Below are positions 19,012 through 30,594 of a stretch of DNA of 64,000 bases, one piece after another. The position numbers and the translations under genes were made by a program. Source of the stretch: an uncultured Acidobacteriota bacterium (GTDB taxonomy: Bacteria; Actinomycetota; Acidimicrobiia; Spongiisociales; ZC4RG35); assembly GCA_963848695.1 (NCBI GenBank), contig CAWKEI010000016.1, forward strand, positions 5,331-69,330. The letters run 5' to 3'. Every line of letters begins with the position of its first letter. The stretch's first letter is position 1. The notes beneath the pieces were generated by a model. That model was not told where the DNA came from. It saw nothing but the letters and a program-made list of their open reading frames with translations, and searched no databases.

Positions 19012-19692
19012 CTACTGGACGACTTCGAGCACCTTCGGGTCGAGTTGGCCGCCGCCGAAACCGGGGAGGATGGGGTCGGTGACCCCGGCATACTCCCAAT
19101 GCCAGGGCTCCTGAGTGCTCATGCCACAGTGGGCCCAGTCCGGGTTGACCCATCCGAAGCGGTGGGCGTTGCCCTGCATCCACCGAAACGTCGCATCACC
19201 ACAGCCCAGAACACCATTGCCGTCGGTGAAGTCGACCGCCCGGCCCCAGCCGTGATTGGAGTAGCCCGGTCTGGCGGTCGGCGGTCCCGAGCAGACCCTG
19301 GCCGACTTGGCCCCCGCCTGCACAGTCGCCCCAGTGAGGGGATCGACTGCGTAGATCGGGGTCTCGATCACGGGACATCGTGAGTTGTATGAGGCAGCCT
19401 GGGTCTGATAGGACCGGTAGCAGTCCTCGTAGCTGAGTGGCACGCCATCCTCTTCGGCAGCTTCGATGAGGAGGGCATACATATAGGCGGCGTCACGCTC
19501 GAGCGTGCATCCGGCGAATGTCATCAGCCGGTCCGAGTCCATCGCCCCGTTGACATAGCCGTCGACCTCGAGGTCGAGGGTGTAGGCCTCATCGTTCGCC
19601 GGGACATACTCGGGCGTCGACAAGGGGGCCAGCGCGGCTGTTATCGAGAAAAGTAGAGCGGCTATGGGCATGCGAGCACTTCGATGGCCCAA
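19012..19692 (-). CDS. M15B (VanY-like) D-Ala-D-Ala carboxypeptidase, secreted
   Basis: YRSYQTQ, PGYSNHGWGRAVDF, EPWHWEY; signal peptide; true start may be MPIAALL. Confidence 0.88.
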   Translation of the reverse strand: MGHRSARMPIAALLFSITAALAPLSTPEYVPANDEAYTLDLEVDGYVNGAMDSDRLMTFAGCTLERDAAYMYALLIEAAEEDGVPLSYEDCYRSYQTQAASYNSRCPVIETPIYAVDPLTGATVQAGAKSARVCSGPPTARPGYSNHGWGRAVDFTDGNGVLGCGDATFRWMQGNAHRFGWVNPDWAHCGMSTQEPWHWEYAGVTDPILPGFGGGQLDPKVLEVVQ

Positions 19693-19727
19693 AGAACATC
19701 GGCTTCAGCAGCCGAAAGCTTTAACGG

Positions 19728-22223
<2,496 letters not shown>

Positions 22224-22323
22224 TCTTGACTCCCAAGCCTGGCATATGCAACTTTACCACCGGGCGATCTTTGATCTTCGAGCATGATCGCCGGGGCGTC
22301 GACACGTAATACCATCGTCACGA

Positions 22324-23316
22324 ATGGACGACCTCCAAAGTCTCATTCGCATCCCCCGAGTATGGGATTCCCTGACCCGAGTCGAGGAGCGCCTGCTCGA
22401 GGCGGCAACAGCGGATGACGCTTATCTGACCAAGATCGCCCAGCATCTCCTCCTGGCCGGCGGGAAGCGGTTCCGGCCATTGCTGGCGCTGCTCGCGGCG
22501 GAGTTCGGTAGTGGGCGCGACCGTCGACCGGTGGAGGCGGGAGTGTCGGTCGAGCTGATCCATGTCGGCTCGCTCTACCACGACGACGTGATCGACGAAG
22601 CCGACGTTCGGCGGGGCGCGGCGTCGGTCAACGCCAACTGGAGCAACACCGTCGCCATCCTCGCCGGTGATTTCCTAATGGCTCGGGCCTCGGAGGTCGC
22701 CGCGACGCACCTGAGCCAGGAGTCCGTCCGACTCCTCGCCGCCACTTACGCCGAGCTGGTCGAAGGACAGACCCGAGAGTTGCAGCTGGACTTCAACCTC
22801 GACCATGGGGTCTCCGAGTACGAACAGGTCATCGCAGGCAAGACGGCCTCCCTGATTCGCACCTCGGCACGTCTCGGTGCGATGGCCGCCGACGCCGACA
22901 CAGGTGTCGTCGAGGCCCTCTCCGACTGGGCCTGGGAGCTGGGAATGGTGTTCCAGATCGCCGACGACGCCCTCGACCTCGTCGCCGACGAGGAGACCAT
23001 CGGCAAGCCGGCAGGGTCGGACATCCGCGAGGGCAAGTTCACCATGCCCGTCCTCGAGGCGCTGGCAGGAGCGGAGGGCCAGCGGGTTCGGACACTGCTC
23101 GACAGCACCCACCCTTACGCGGACGAGGTGGTCAATGACGTGATCGACATCGTGCGTGAGGGCGGTCACGTCGAGTCCTCTCTCTCCGAAGCGACCCGAC
23201 GTCTCGATTTGGCCTCGAAAGCGCTGGGCGGGGTGCCGGACGGCGAGCCGAAGCGGATCCTGGAAGGGCTGGGCGACTACCTGCTGGGCAGGGTCGAGGC
23301 CGCCAAACTGGTTTGA
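22324..23316 (+). CDS. Polyprenyl diphosphate synthase (HepT/GrcC-like)
   Basis: GGKRFRP, HDDVIDEADVRRG (FARM), FQIADDALD (SARM), GKPAGSD. Confidence 0.93.
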   Translation: MDDLQSLIRIPRVWDSLTRVEERLLEAATADDAYLTKIAQHLLLAGGKRFRPLLALLAAEFGSGRDRRPVEAGVSVELIHVGSLYHDDVIDEADVRRGAASVNANWSNTVAILAGDFLMARASEVAATHLSQESVRLLAATYAELVEGQTRELQLDFNLDHGVSEYEQVIAGKTASLIRTSARLGAMAADADTGVVEALSDWAWELGMVFQIADDALDLVADEETIGKPAGSDIREGKFTMPVLEALAGAEGQRVRTLLDSTHPYADEVVNDVIDIVREGGHVESSLSEATRRLDLASKALGGVPDGEPKRILEGLGDYLLGRVEAAKLV

Positions 23317-23340
23317 AGAACCCGCGAAGTCGGCCGGCAA

Positions 23341-24840
23341 TTATTCAGGCCGCAAGGTCGGGAACAGGATCACTTCCCGGATGTGCGCCTGGTCGGTGAG
23401 CAGCATCACCAGGCGATCGACCCCCAGGCCCAAACCTCCGGTTGGGGGCAGCCCGTATTCCAGAGCCAGCAGATAGTCCTCGTCGACCGGATGTGCCTCG
23501 TCGTCGCCGGCGGCGCGGGCGACCGCCTGCTCCTCGAACCGCAGTCTCTGATCATCGGCGTCGTTCAGCTCGCTGAAGGCGTTGGCGTATTCGGAGCCGG
23601 CAATGACCAACTCGAACCGATCCGCCAGCCGTGGATCGTCTGGATTGCGCCGGGCCAGGGGTGAGATCTCGACAGGCTGGTGAGTCACGAAGGTTGGCTC
23701 CCAGATCTCGGGCTCGACGACCTCCTCGTAGATCTCCGAGATCACCAGTGCCTGACTCCACCCTTCCTCCACCTCGACACCGGCTTTCGTGGCTAGTGCG
23801 AGCAATTCCTCTTGCCCGCTGTCGAGGGTGACCTGGTGGCCAAGACGCTCCGAGACCAGATCGGTCATTGTCCCTCTCCGGAAGGGAGGAGAAAGATCGA
23901 GAGCACGTCCCTGATACGACAGGGTGGTGGCCCCGGTCACCGTCCGGGCCACTTCGGGGACGATCTCCTCGATGAGAGTCATCATGTCGGTGTAGTCCGC
24001 GAGGGCCTGATAGGCCTCGAGCATCGTGAACTCGGGATTGTGGGTCGAATCGATCCCTTCGTTGCGGAAGATGCGCCCGATCTCGAACACCTTCTCCATC
24101 CCGCCTACGACGAGGCGCTTCAAGTAGAGCTCTGTGGCGATGCGGAGGAACATCTCCAAGTCCAGCGCGTGGTGGGTGGTGGCGAAAGGCCGCGCGGTGG
24201 CGCCGGTCGCCTGGCGGAGGAGGACTGGAGTCTCCACCTCGACGAAACCGCGGGCTTCGAATTGCCTGCGCAACTCGCCGACCACCATGGAGCGGGCTCG
24301 AGCGACATGTCGGGACTCCTCGTTGACCATCAGGTCGAGATAGCGCCTCCGGCTGCGCGTCTCGATGTCCTGGAGGCCGTGCCACTTCTCGGGAAGGGGC
24401 CGGAGACTCTTCTGGAGGATGACGAAATCGTCGACCCTCACACTCAGCTCCCCCTTTCGGGTCGTCATCACCTGTCCGGTGGCTCCCAGCCAGTCCCCGA
24501 GGTCGACCCTGGCAAAGACATCGGCCTGCTCGTCTCCAAGGACGGCCCGATCGACGAAGAGCTGGATCGTCCCCGAATCGTCTTGGAGAGTGCCGAACTG
24601 CAGCTTTCCAAAAGAGCGGTGCAACATCAGACGACCGGCCACTGTGACCCTGGTCTCGGTGTCGGAGCCCGGCTCCAGGTCGGCGAAGGTCTCGTGGAGC
24701 TCACCGGCTCGATGAGTCCGGTCGAAGCGATGCGGATAGCCACCGGAGTCGAGGATCTCCAGGTGGTGCTCCCGCCGCCCGGCGACGAGGGCGTCGCCTT
24801 GCTCGGATGGATCGGTCATGTCGCTCGGTGGCAGGGTCAC
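23341..24840 (-). CDS. lysS: Lysyl-tRNA synthetase, class II
   Basis: LPEKWHGL, ARPF.THH, FRNEGID.THNPEFTMLE, YGLPPTGGLGLGVDRL. Confidence 0.98.
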   Translation of the reverse strand: MTLPPSDMTDPSEQGDALVAGRREHHLEILDSGGYPHRFDRTHRAGELHETFADLEPGSDTETRVTVAGRLMLHRSFGKLQFGTLQDDSGTIQLFVDRAVLGDEQADVFARVDLGDWLGATGQVMTTRKGELSVRVDDFVILQKSLRPLPEKWHGLQDIETRSRRRYLDLMVNEESRHVARARSMVVGELRRQFEARGFVEVETPVLLRQATGATARPFATTHHALDLEMFLRIATELYLKRLVVGGMEKVFEIGRIFRNEGIDSTHNPEFTMLEAYQALADYTDMMTLIEEIVPEVARTVTGATTLSYQGRALDLSPPFRRGTMTDLVSERLGHQVTLDSGQEELLALATKAGVEVEEGWSQALVISEIYEEVVEPEIWEPTFVTHQPVEISPLARRNPDDPRLADRFELVIAGSEYANAFSELNDADDQRLRFEEQAVARAAGDDEAHPVDEDYLLALEYGLPPTGGLGLGVDRLVMLLTDQAHIREVILFPTLRPE

Positions 24841-25724
24841 GGCAGAGTAGTGAGACGACTCGGCTCGCTGAGGAGCAGACCGCGATCGGGGACGGGCTTG
24901 CCGTCGACCCAGTCGAACGTGACGTTGTCGATCAGGCGAACCCCGCCGACGTGAGCGGCGACGGCCAGGACCGAGGGTTGGTCGAGCTCGGGAATCGGGA
25001 CCATCGTGTCCTGAGAAGCGAGGGTGGCGTAGTCGACCTCGAAGCCTTTGAGGGAGCGTCTCACAGTGCCTTCCAGCCGATCGCCGCGGCGCTCCCCAGC
25101 ATCCACCTGCTCGGCTGCCTGAAACAGACCCCGGCTGATGGCCAGTGCTCGCTCCCGGTCCATCCGGGAGAGCCTCACATTGCGGCTGGACAAGGCGAGC
25201 CCGTCAGGCTCTCGCACCAGAGGAGCGTCGATGACCGAAACCGGGAACCTGAGGTCCCGCACCATCGACTTGAGCACCGCCAGCTGCTGAGCGTCCTTTC
25301 TTCCGAACATGGCGATGTCCGGCTGTAGCCCTGCGAAGAGCTTGGCCACCACCGTCGCCACGCCGGTGAAATGGCCGGCCCGATAGCGGCCCTCCATCTC
25401 CTGGGAGACGCCGCCCACTTCGACGATCGTGGTTTCGCCGACCGGGTAGACCTCGTCCATCTCGGGGACGAAGAGGAGGTCGGCGCCATGTTGCTCGGCG
25501 AGCCCGGCATCACGCTCGGTATCCCGGGGGTACGCGGCGAAGTCCGCCTTGTCGTCGAATTGGGTCGGGTTCACGAAAAGGGAGACAACGAGGGTGTCGC
25601 ACTGGGCGCGGAGAAGATCCATCAGAGCCAGGTGGCCCTCGTGGAGAAAGCCCAGGGTCGGCAGCAGGCCCACCGAGCCGCTGTAGAGCTCTCTGGTCCC
25701 GACAAACGTCTTGGTCAGCTCCAT
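24837..25724 (-). CDS. panC: Pantoate-beta-alanine ligase
   Basis: LHEGH, FVNPTQF, GHFTGVATVV, FGRKDAQQ, GLALSSRN, RLIDN. Confidence 0.96.
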   Translation of the reverse strand: MELTKTFVGTRELYSGSVGLLPTLGFLHEGHLALMDLLRAQCDTLVVSLFVNPTQFDDKADFAAYPRDTERDAGLAEQHGADLLFVPEMDEVYPVGETTIVEVGGVSQEMEGRYRAGHFTGVATVVAKLFAGLQPDIAMFGRKDAQQLAVLKSMVRDLRFPVSVIDAPLVREPDGLALSSRNVRLSRMDRERALAISRGLFQAAEQVDAGERRGDRLEGTVRRSLKGFEVDYATLASQDTMVPIPELDQPSVLAVAAHVGGVRLIDNVTFDWVDGKPVPDRGLLLSEPSRLTTLP

Positions 25725-26506
25725 CGGTCGACATCGCCCTTCCGATTGGCTCGGATGGCGGTCGCCTCGGCCATGAGCAGGTATTGGTCTCCCACCGCTT
25801 CCGAGACTCGACGCGCCGCAGCGAGCTGGCCGGCCACGGTAGAGATGTCGCCCCTTGCAATCGGCCCGGTGAGAGGAGTTACGGATTCGATCTCGTAGAC
25901 GTTCGCCACCGCCTGTTCTACGAGGGGCCGGGCGACGACGGGGTCGATCCGAGCGTCCTCCATCAGGTCTCCTGCCGTGGCCAGGGCGGTGATGACGAAA
26001 TTCGATGCAGCGGAGGCGGCAGCGTGATAGGAAGGGCGCGCTTCGTCACTCAGCGGGAAAGGCTTCATGCCGAGCGATTCGGCCAACACGGAGAGGCTCG
26101 TGATGACCTCGGTGCTCCCACCAATCCCCACAAAGGCTCCAGCGAGCGCAGCCGCGCCTCGCTCCGGGTCGGGGAGGGTCTGGAGTGGGTGAAATCCACC
26201 GGTGGCCACGCCGGAGCGGGCAAGGCCATCGAGGGCGGTGACCGGGGTGAAGCCGGACGTGTGTGCCGCCATCCCAACCGAGCGCGCGTGTGGCGCCAGC
26301 CGGCTCGACACCTCCTCGATCGCATCGTCACGCACCGCGATGAGCAGGAGATCGGACGCGGGCAAGACTTGGTCCCAGTCGAGAACGGGCCCATACCGGC
26401 TGTCCCGGGAACGGGAGAGGACGCCGACTATCTCGTGACCCGAGCGGGCAGCGGCAAGGGCAATCGAACCTCCGGCCCTTCCCGGGCCGACAATCGTCAA
26501 TCTCAC
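25715..26506 (-). CDS. Rossmann-like/DUF2520 oxidoreductase (PanG-type ketopantoate reductase candidate)
   Basis: GPGRAG, AVRDDAI, HTSG, FHPLQT, YHAAA..ASN, LTGPIARGD; adjacent to panC. Confidence 0.85.
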   Translation of the reverse strand: MRLTIVGPGRAGGSIALAAARSGHEIVGVLSRSRDSRYGPVLDWDQVLPASDLLLIAVRDDAIEEVSSRLAPHARSVGMAAHTSGFTPVTALDGLARSGVATGGFHPLQTLPDPERGAAALAGAFVGIGGSTEVITSLSVLAESLGMKPFPLSDEARPSYHAAASAASNFVITALATAGDLMEDARIDPVVARPLVEQAVANVYEIESVTPLTGPIARGDISTVAGQLAAARRVSEAVGDQYLLMAEATAIRANRKGDVDRWS

Positions 26507-26555
26507 AGGGTTACCTCGGCCGACTGGCGGCGAGGCTAGCTAGCACCCCGTGACG

Positions 26556-26897
26556 TCAGACCTGGTCTTCCAACTGATTGGGGGTGATGACGGGCCAGTT
26601 CGAGTCCAACTCAGACTTCATCTCGTGATAGTCGTCCCGTCGCTTCCAGAACTTGGTCTTCCAGATCTTGAATCGCCGCCGGCTCGACTCTTGCGGCTCG
26701 GCGAGCGGGGTCGCGTGGTTGTCCCCTGTGCCCCTGACCTCGGGCACGACGACCTCGTCCGGATCGTCTGTCATGTGCAAAACCTGATGGGTGGAGTGCC
26801 GCACGGCGCGGTGTTGTTGCTTGCGCTCCTGGCGGTTTGGGCGGCCGTCGTTGTATCCGGGGATTTCCTGGCGATGCTCTCGCGACCGTTTTGCCAT
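26556..26897 (-). CDS. Hypothetical 113-aa protein with basic segments
   Basis: Strong SD AGGAGG 10 nt upstream; Arg/His-rich N-terminus and RRRFKIWKTKFWKRR motif. Confidence 0.7.
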   Translation of the reverse strand: MAKRSREHRQEIPGYNDGRPNRQERKQQHRAVRHSTHQVLHMTDDPDEVVVPEVRGTGDNHATPLAEPQESSRRRFKIWKTKFWKRRDDYHEMKSELDSNWPVITPNQLEDQV

Positions 26898-26916
26898 CTA
26901 GATCGTTCCTCCTGTC

Positions 26917-26967
26917 TCAGACGCTGCTCGGTGTCCGGACCGGAGGAGGGCCGCGGCCGCTTCCCAT
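26917..26967 (-). promoter_or_regulatory. Putative leaderless leader peptide MGSGRGPPPVRTPSSV with an anti-SD (translational attenuator)
   Basis: TG-C-TAGCTT extended -10 lies 6 nt before the ATG; Pro codons CCT CCT are complementary to the downstream AGGAGG. Confidence 0.55.
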
Positions 26968-27006
26968 GCGCCGAAGCTAGCACGGTTGGTCGGCTCCGCG
27001 CCAGGG

Positions 27007-27528
27007 TCATTCGACCCGGTTCGGGGCCGGCTCCGATTCGTCCTCCAGCCAGTTCGTTGCCACCAACAAGATTTCCTGATCCTGGACCAGCTCCTTGGCC
27101 ATGTCCGCCGAGAGACCCTCCCCCACCATTGCTTCGGGCCAGACCTCACTCAGCGGATCGAGCACGAAGCGGCGCTCGGCGGCCCGAGGATGCGGAATCT
27201 GTAGCTCCGGCGTGTCTATCGGCCCGTCATCCATGGCGACGATGTCGAGATCGAGGGTCCGCGGCCCCCACCGCATCTCGCGGACCCGGCCATGAGCGTC
27301 CTCGATCTCGTGCAACCGACCGAGGAGCCCCGCCGGGGACAGATTGGAGTCGAGGAGAACGACCGCATTGAGGTAGGAGTCCTGGGCGGGCCCCCCGATC
27401 GGCGCCGTCTCATACAGAGCGGATACTTCCACAATCACACCCGCCTTCCGTAGATCCCCGATTGCCCCTCGAAGGTGGGCGGCCCGGGCTCCGAGGTTGG
27501 AGCCGAGGGCGATGGCGAACCGGGTCAT
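27007..27528 (-). CDS. folK: 6-hydroxymethyl-7,8-dihydropterin pyrophosphokinase
   Basis: IALGSNLG, YETAP, YLNAV, RWGPRTLDLDI, IPHPR..ERRFVL. Confidence 0.97.
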   Translation of the reverse strand: MTRFAIALGSNLGARAAHLRGAIGDLRKAGVIVEVSALYETAPIGGPAQDSYLNAVVLLDSNLSPAGLLGRLHEIEDAHGRVREMRWGPRTLDLDIVAMDDGPIDTPELQIPHPRAAERRFVLDPLSEVWPEAMVGEGLSADMAKELVQDQEILLVATNWLEDESEPAPNRVE

Positions 27529-27884
27529 CGGGAACGATCGACGGTCACCGCCACGTCCTCGAATACCAGTGGGATCGGAGCCTCCGGCTTGTGGACGGTC
27601 ACGATCACCCGTTCGACGAGAGGCCGGGTGAGAACCATCCGGGCGATTCGGTCGGCCACGGATTCGATCAAATCGTGACTCTCACCCTCCACGAGGTCAT
27701 GTGTGTCCTGGGCGAGGCTTCCGTAATCGACCGTGTCGGCGAGGTCGTCCGACGCGCCGGCTCCGGCCAGGTCCAGGAACAACTCGAGATCGATTCGGAA
27801 GATTTGAGCTACTTGCTTCTCTTCACCGAGCACCCCGTGCCGGGCCAGCACCTCTATGCCTGTGATCTCGATCCGATCGGTCAC
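27525..27884 (-). CDS. folB: Dihydroneopterin aldolase
   Basis: HGV..EE...Q.F.ID, SDDLADTVDYG, LIESVA, VHKPEAPI. Confidence 0.96.
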   Translation of the reverse strand: MTDRIEITGIEVLARHGVLGEEKQVAQIFRIDLELFLDLAGAGASDDLADTVDYGSLAQDTHDLVEGESHDLIESVADRIARMVLTRPLVERVIVTVHKPEAPIPLVFEDVAVTVDRSR

Positions 27885-28375
27885 GAGGCCGCGGATGCCG
27901 GGATGAGCGAGCGACCCTCCGGCCCCAACGCCCGTCCCAGAATCTGCTGTATCACCGCCAGGGCCAGGATCGGGTCCTTCACCAGCCCCGAATCGACCAG
28001 GAAACCGCCGAGCAGCCCCCCAACCGTGTCATCGATGGCTTCTCGATGCACGAGAACCCGTGACCTTTTCTTGGCTGTCGCCTTGCTCAGGGTCAGGAAG
28101 AACTCTTCAACGTCCTGATTGCTGAGGTCGGGCCCGATGGGGACCGAGTATGTTGCGATCCCGGCCTCCCGGTAGGCGAGGAGATTCTGATTGCCAGGAA
28201 GCATCGAGACGACAGTGTTGATCCCCGCCTCCTCGACTAGCCAGGTGATCTCCTCCTCACGACGGACTCGGCGATGCTGGAATCCCGAGCCCCCGACCCG
28301 CTCGGAGACAGCGAGACGATCGGTGATGACCCAGGTGAAACCCCGGGGCTTTAGTCCTGCGACCATTCGTCCCAT
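27881..28375 (-). CDS. Protein-tyrosine/dual-specificity phosphatase-fold protein lacking the catalytic CX5R
   Basis: FTWVI..RLAVSER.GG, GINTVVSML, VLVHRE..D..GG pattern follows the DSP fold; overlaps both folP and folB. Confidence 0.6.
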   Translation of the reverse strand: MGRMVAGLKPRGFTWVITDRLAVSERVGGSGFQHRRVRREEEITWLVEEAGINTVVSMLPGNQNLLAYREAGIATYSVPIGPDLSNQDVEEFFLTLSKATAKKRSRVLVHREAIDDTVGGLLGGFLVDSGLVKDPILALAVIQQILGRALGPEGRSLIPASAAS

Positions 28376-29205
28376 TGCTTGGGATTCACGATAGCGGCGG
28401 CAAGACTCAGCGCCGCTCTTGACGAACCGACGTCGTGCACCCGAAAAACCCTTGCACCACGCTCGAAACCGAGGGCCGTAGTGACCGCGGTAACGCCATC
28501 GCGCCCGGCCGGGTCATCGATGCCTGCCACCTTCCCCAGGAAGGCCTTGCGCGAGGCGCCGAGGACCACCGGGAATCCCAACTCGACGAGCTTGCCCAAG
28601 CCATCGATCAGGGCGAGGTTGTGGGTTGTCGTCTTGCCGAAGCCGATCCCCGGGTCGATCGCCACGGATGCCGGATCGACCCCGGCGTCGGTGACAAGAC
28701 GTGCCCTGGAGCCGAGGAAACCCGCCACTTCGGCCACCACGTCCTTATAGACCGGGTCTCGTTGCATCGTGCGAGGCGTGCCTCTCATATGCATGAGAAT
28801 CACCCCCGATTTCCACGCCGCCATCACCCCGGCCATCCCATCCATGCCTGCAGCAGTCACGTCGTTGACGATCTCGGCCCCGGAGTCGAGCGCGGCGTGG
28901 GCTACCTCGGGCTTCGACGTGTCAACCGACACCACCGCTCCTTCGGCAGATAGGGCCTCGACCACGGGGATGACCCGCCGCAGCTCTTCGTCGGCGGGGA
29001 CCGAATCCGCTCCCGGACGGGTCGACTCGCCCCCGACATCGACGAGATCGGCTCCGGATCCCATCATGGCCAGCCCTGCTTCGATGGCATCTGCCTGATC
29101 CAGGTGCAGCCCACCGTCGGAGAAGGAGTCAGGCGTCACGTTGACCACCCCCATGATCAAGCCCCTGGAGACGTCCAGCTCCCTCGTGCGCAGCTTCCAG
29201 ATCAC
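28351..29205 (-). CDS. folP: Dihydropteroate synthase
   Basis: MGVVNVTPDSFSDGG, DVGGESTRPG, DPGIGFGK, GASRK, RVHDV. Confidence 0.97.
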   Translation of the reverse strand: MIWKLRTRELDVSRGLIMGVVNVTPDSFSDGGLHLDQADAIEAGLAMMGSGADLVDVGGESTRPGADSVPADEELRRVIPVVEALSAEGAVVSVDTSKPEVAHAALDSGAEIVNDVTAAGMDGMAGVMAAWKSGVILMHMRGTPRTMQRDPVYKDVVAEVAGFLGSRARLVTDAGVDPASVAIDPGIGFGKTTTHNLALIDGLGKLVELGFPVVLGASRKAFLGKVAGIDDPAGRDGVTAVTTALGFERGARVFRVHDVGSSRAALSLAAAIVNPKQWDEWSQD

Positions 29206-29212
29206 GTCGTAG

Positions 29213-29245
29213 AAACGTATGACGAAGAACGTAAAACGTAAAACG
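29213..29245. repeat. Second heptanucleotide tandem repeat (RAACGTA)n
   Basis: AAACGTA TGACGAA GAACGTA AAACGTA AAACG between folE and folP. Confidence 0.7.
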
Positions 29246-29259
29246 GCGAGCGCAGCTCG

Positions 29260-29847
29260 CTACCGATTGGTGCCGAACAGGAGCGACATCGCCTCGGCCC
29301 GGGTGGCAGGCTGTGACTCCATCGTGCCCCTCACCGCCGAGGTCACAGTCACTGCCCCCGGCTTCCGCACCCCGCGCATCGACATGCACAGGTGTTCGGC
29401 CTCGACCACCACCATCACTCCGAGCGGCTGGAGCCGGTCCGTCAGGGCATCGGCGACCTGGGCGGTGAGACGCTCCTGCATCTGGGGCCGGCGGGCATAT
29501 CCCTCGACGAGGCGGGCCAGCTTGGAGAGGCCGGTGACACGTCCCTTCGGTATGTAGGCCACGTGGGCCTGCCCGTGGAAGGGGACGAAATGGTGCTCGC
29601 ACATCGAGTAGAAGGGGATCTCTCGCACCATCACGATCTCCTGATAGTGCTCCTCCCCGAAAAAGGCGTCGACCACATCGCCCGGGTCACGGTGGAGACC
29701 GTCGAAAACCTCGGCGTAGAAGGCAGCGACCCGCTCGGGGGTGTCGATCAGACCTTCACGATCGGGATTCTCACCCAAGGCCTCGATGATCTCCCGCACC
29801 GCCTTCTCGATGCGGGCTTTATCGATTTGCCCCTCTGTTTCGTGCAT
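29260..29847 (-). CDS. folE: GTP cyclohydrolase I
   Basis: [40 protein letters not shown]. Confidence 0.97.
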   Translation of the reverse strand: MHETEGQIDKARIEKAVREIIEALGENPDREGLIDTPERVAAFYAEVFDGLHRDPGDVVDAFFGEEHYQEIVMVREIPFYSMCEHHFVPFHGQAHVAYIPKGRVTGLSKLARLVEGYARRPQMQERLTAQVADALTDRLQPLGVMVVVEAEHLCMSMRGVRKPGAVTVTSAVRGTMESQPATRAEAMSLLFGTNR

Positions 29848-29905
29848 CTCCGAAGAAAATAGACGGGCGGTGCCCTCCTATTCCCGAAAACCCCAGCTTC
29901 TGGGA

Positions 29906-29953
29906 TTGACAACACCGTCGCGATGACTGTATAGTGATGTCATAGTGACATCA
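29906..29953 (+). promoter_or_regulatory. Sigma-70-type promoter with an overlapping palindromic operator
   Basis: TTGACA (29906-11), 18-nt spacer, TATAGT (29930-35); perfect inverted repeat TGATGTCA-TAG-TGACATCA (29935-53). Confidence 0.8.
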
Positions 29954-29984
29954 GTGACGACATCAAATTGAGGAGGTGACCCTG

Positions 29985-30125
29985 ATGTTCATCGAAACAC
30001 CCGACACCGTGGAAACCACGCTGGAGGAGAGAGTCCGCCGTGTTCGCCGCAAGAAAATCCGCCGTGTCGTGGATGCCCCCACCCGGCACGTCGCCGAGGC
30101 ATCGCGGTGGGCCCATCCTCGCTAG
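29985..30125 (+). CDS. Putative 46-aa Arg-rich small protein (not in the ORF track)
   Basis: MFIETPDTVETTLEERVRRVRRKKIRRVVDAPTRHVAEASRWAHPR*; SD GAGGAGGT; first ORF after the promoter. Confidence 0.65.
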   Translation: MFIETPDTVETTLEERVRRVRRKKIRRVVDAPTRHVAEASRWAHPR

Positions 30126-30135
30126 GGAGAAGCCG

Positions 30136-30594
30136 ATGCAACTGACTCAAACAGCTCACATCATGGAGGCCGCGGTGCAAGCCCAGCTTCGGCTGGCCGA
30201 TCCTGAGCTCAGTGCCCTCGGCTCCGAATTGCTCGAGGTCCTCCGCCCCGCCATCAGAATGGCGCTCATGGAAGTGGTGGAGATGGCCGCCCAAGAGATC
30301 AACGGGCAGCTCGTGGGACAACGGGTCGAGATCCGGCTGATCGATGGCGATCCGGAGCTCGACGTCCGATCCGACCAGTCGAACATCCCTCCTCCCCCGC
30401 CTCCGCCCCAGGGAGAAGCCGTGGACGCCGAGGCCCGGATAACACTCAGACTTCCCGGATATCTGAAAGACCTCATCGCCGAAGCTGCGGAGGGAGCTGG
30501 CGACTCGGTCAACTCCTTCGTCGTCGACGCCCTGCGGTCTAAGGCCTACGAGCGAGCACCGTCCCATTCGGTGAGAAGGACCATCGATTTGTGA
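30136..30594 (+). CDS. Ribbon-helix-helix (HicB-like/Arc) DNA-binding protein
   Basis: C-terminal ARITLRLP..LK..I..AA...G.SVN.F; SD GGAGA. Confidence 0.78.
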   Translation: MQLTQTAHIMEAAVQAQLRLADPELSALGSELLEVLRPAIRMALMEVVEMAAQEINGQLVGQRVEIRLIDGDPELDVRSDQSNIPPPPPPPQGEAVDAEARITLRLPGYLKDLIAEAAEGAGDSVNSFVVDALRSKAYERAPSHSVRRTIDL

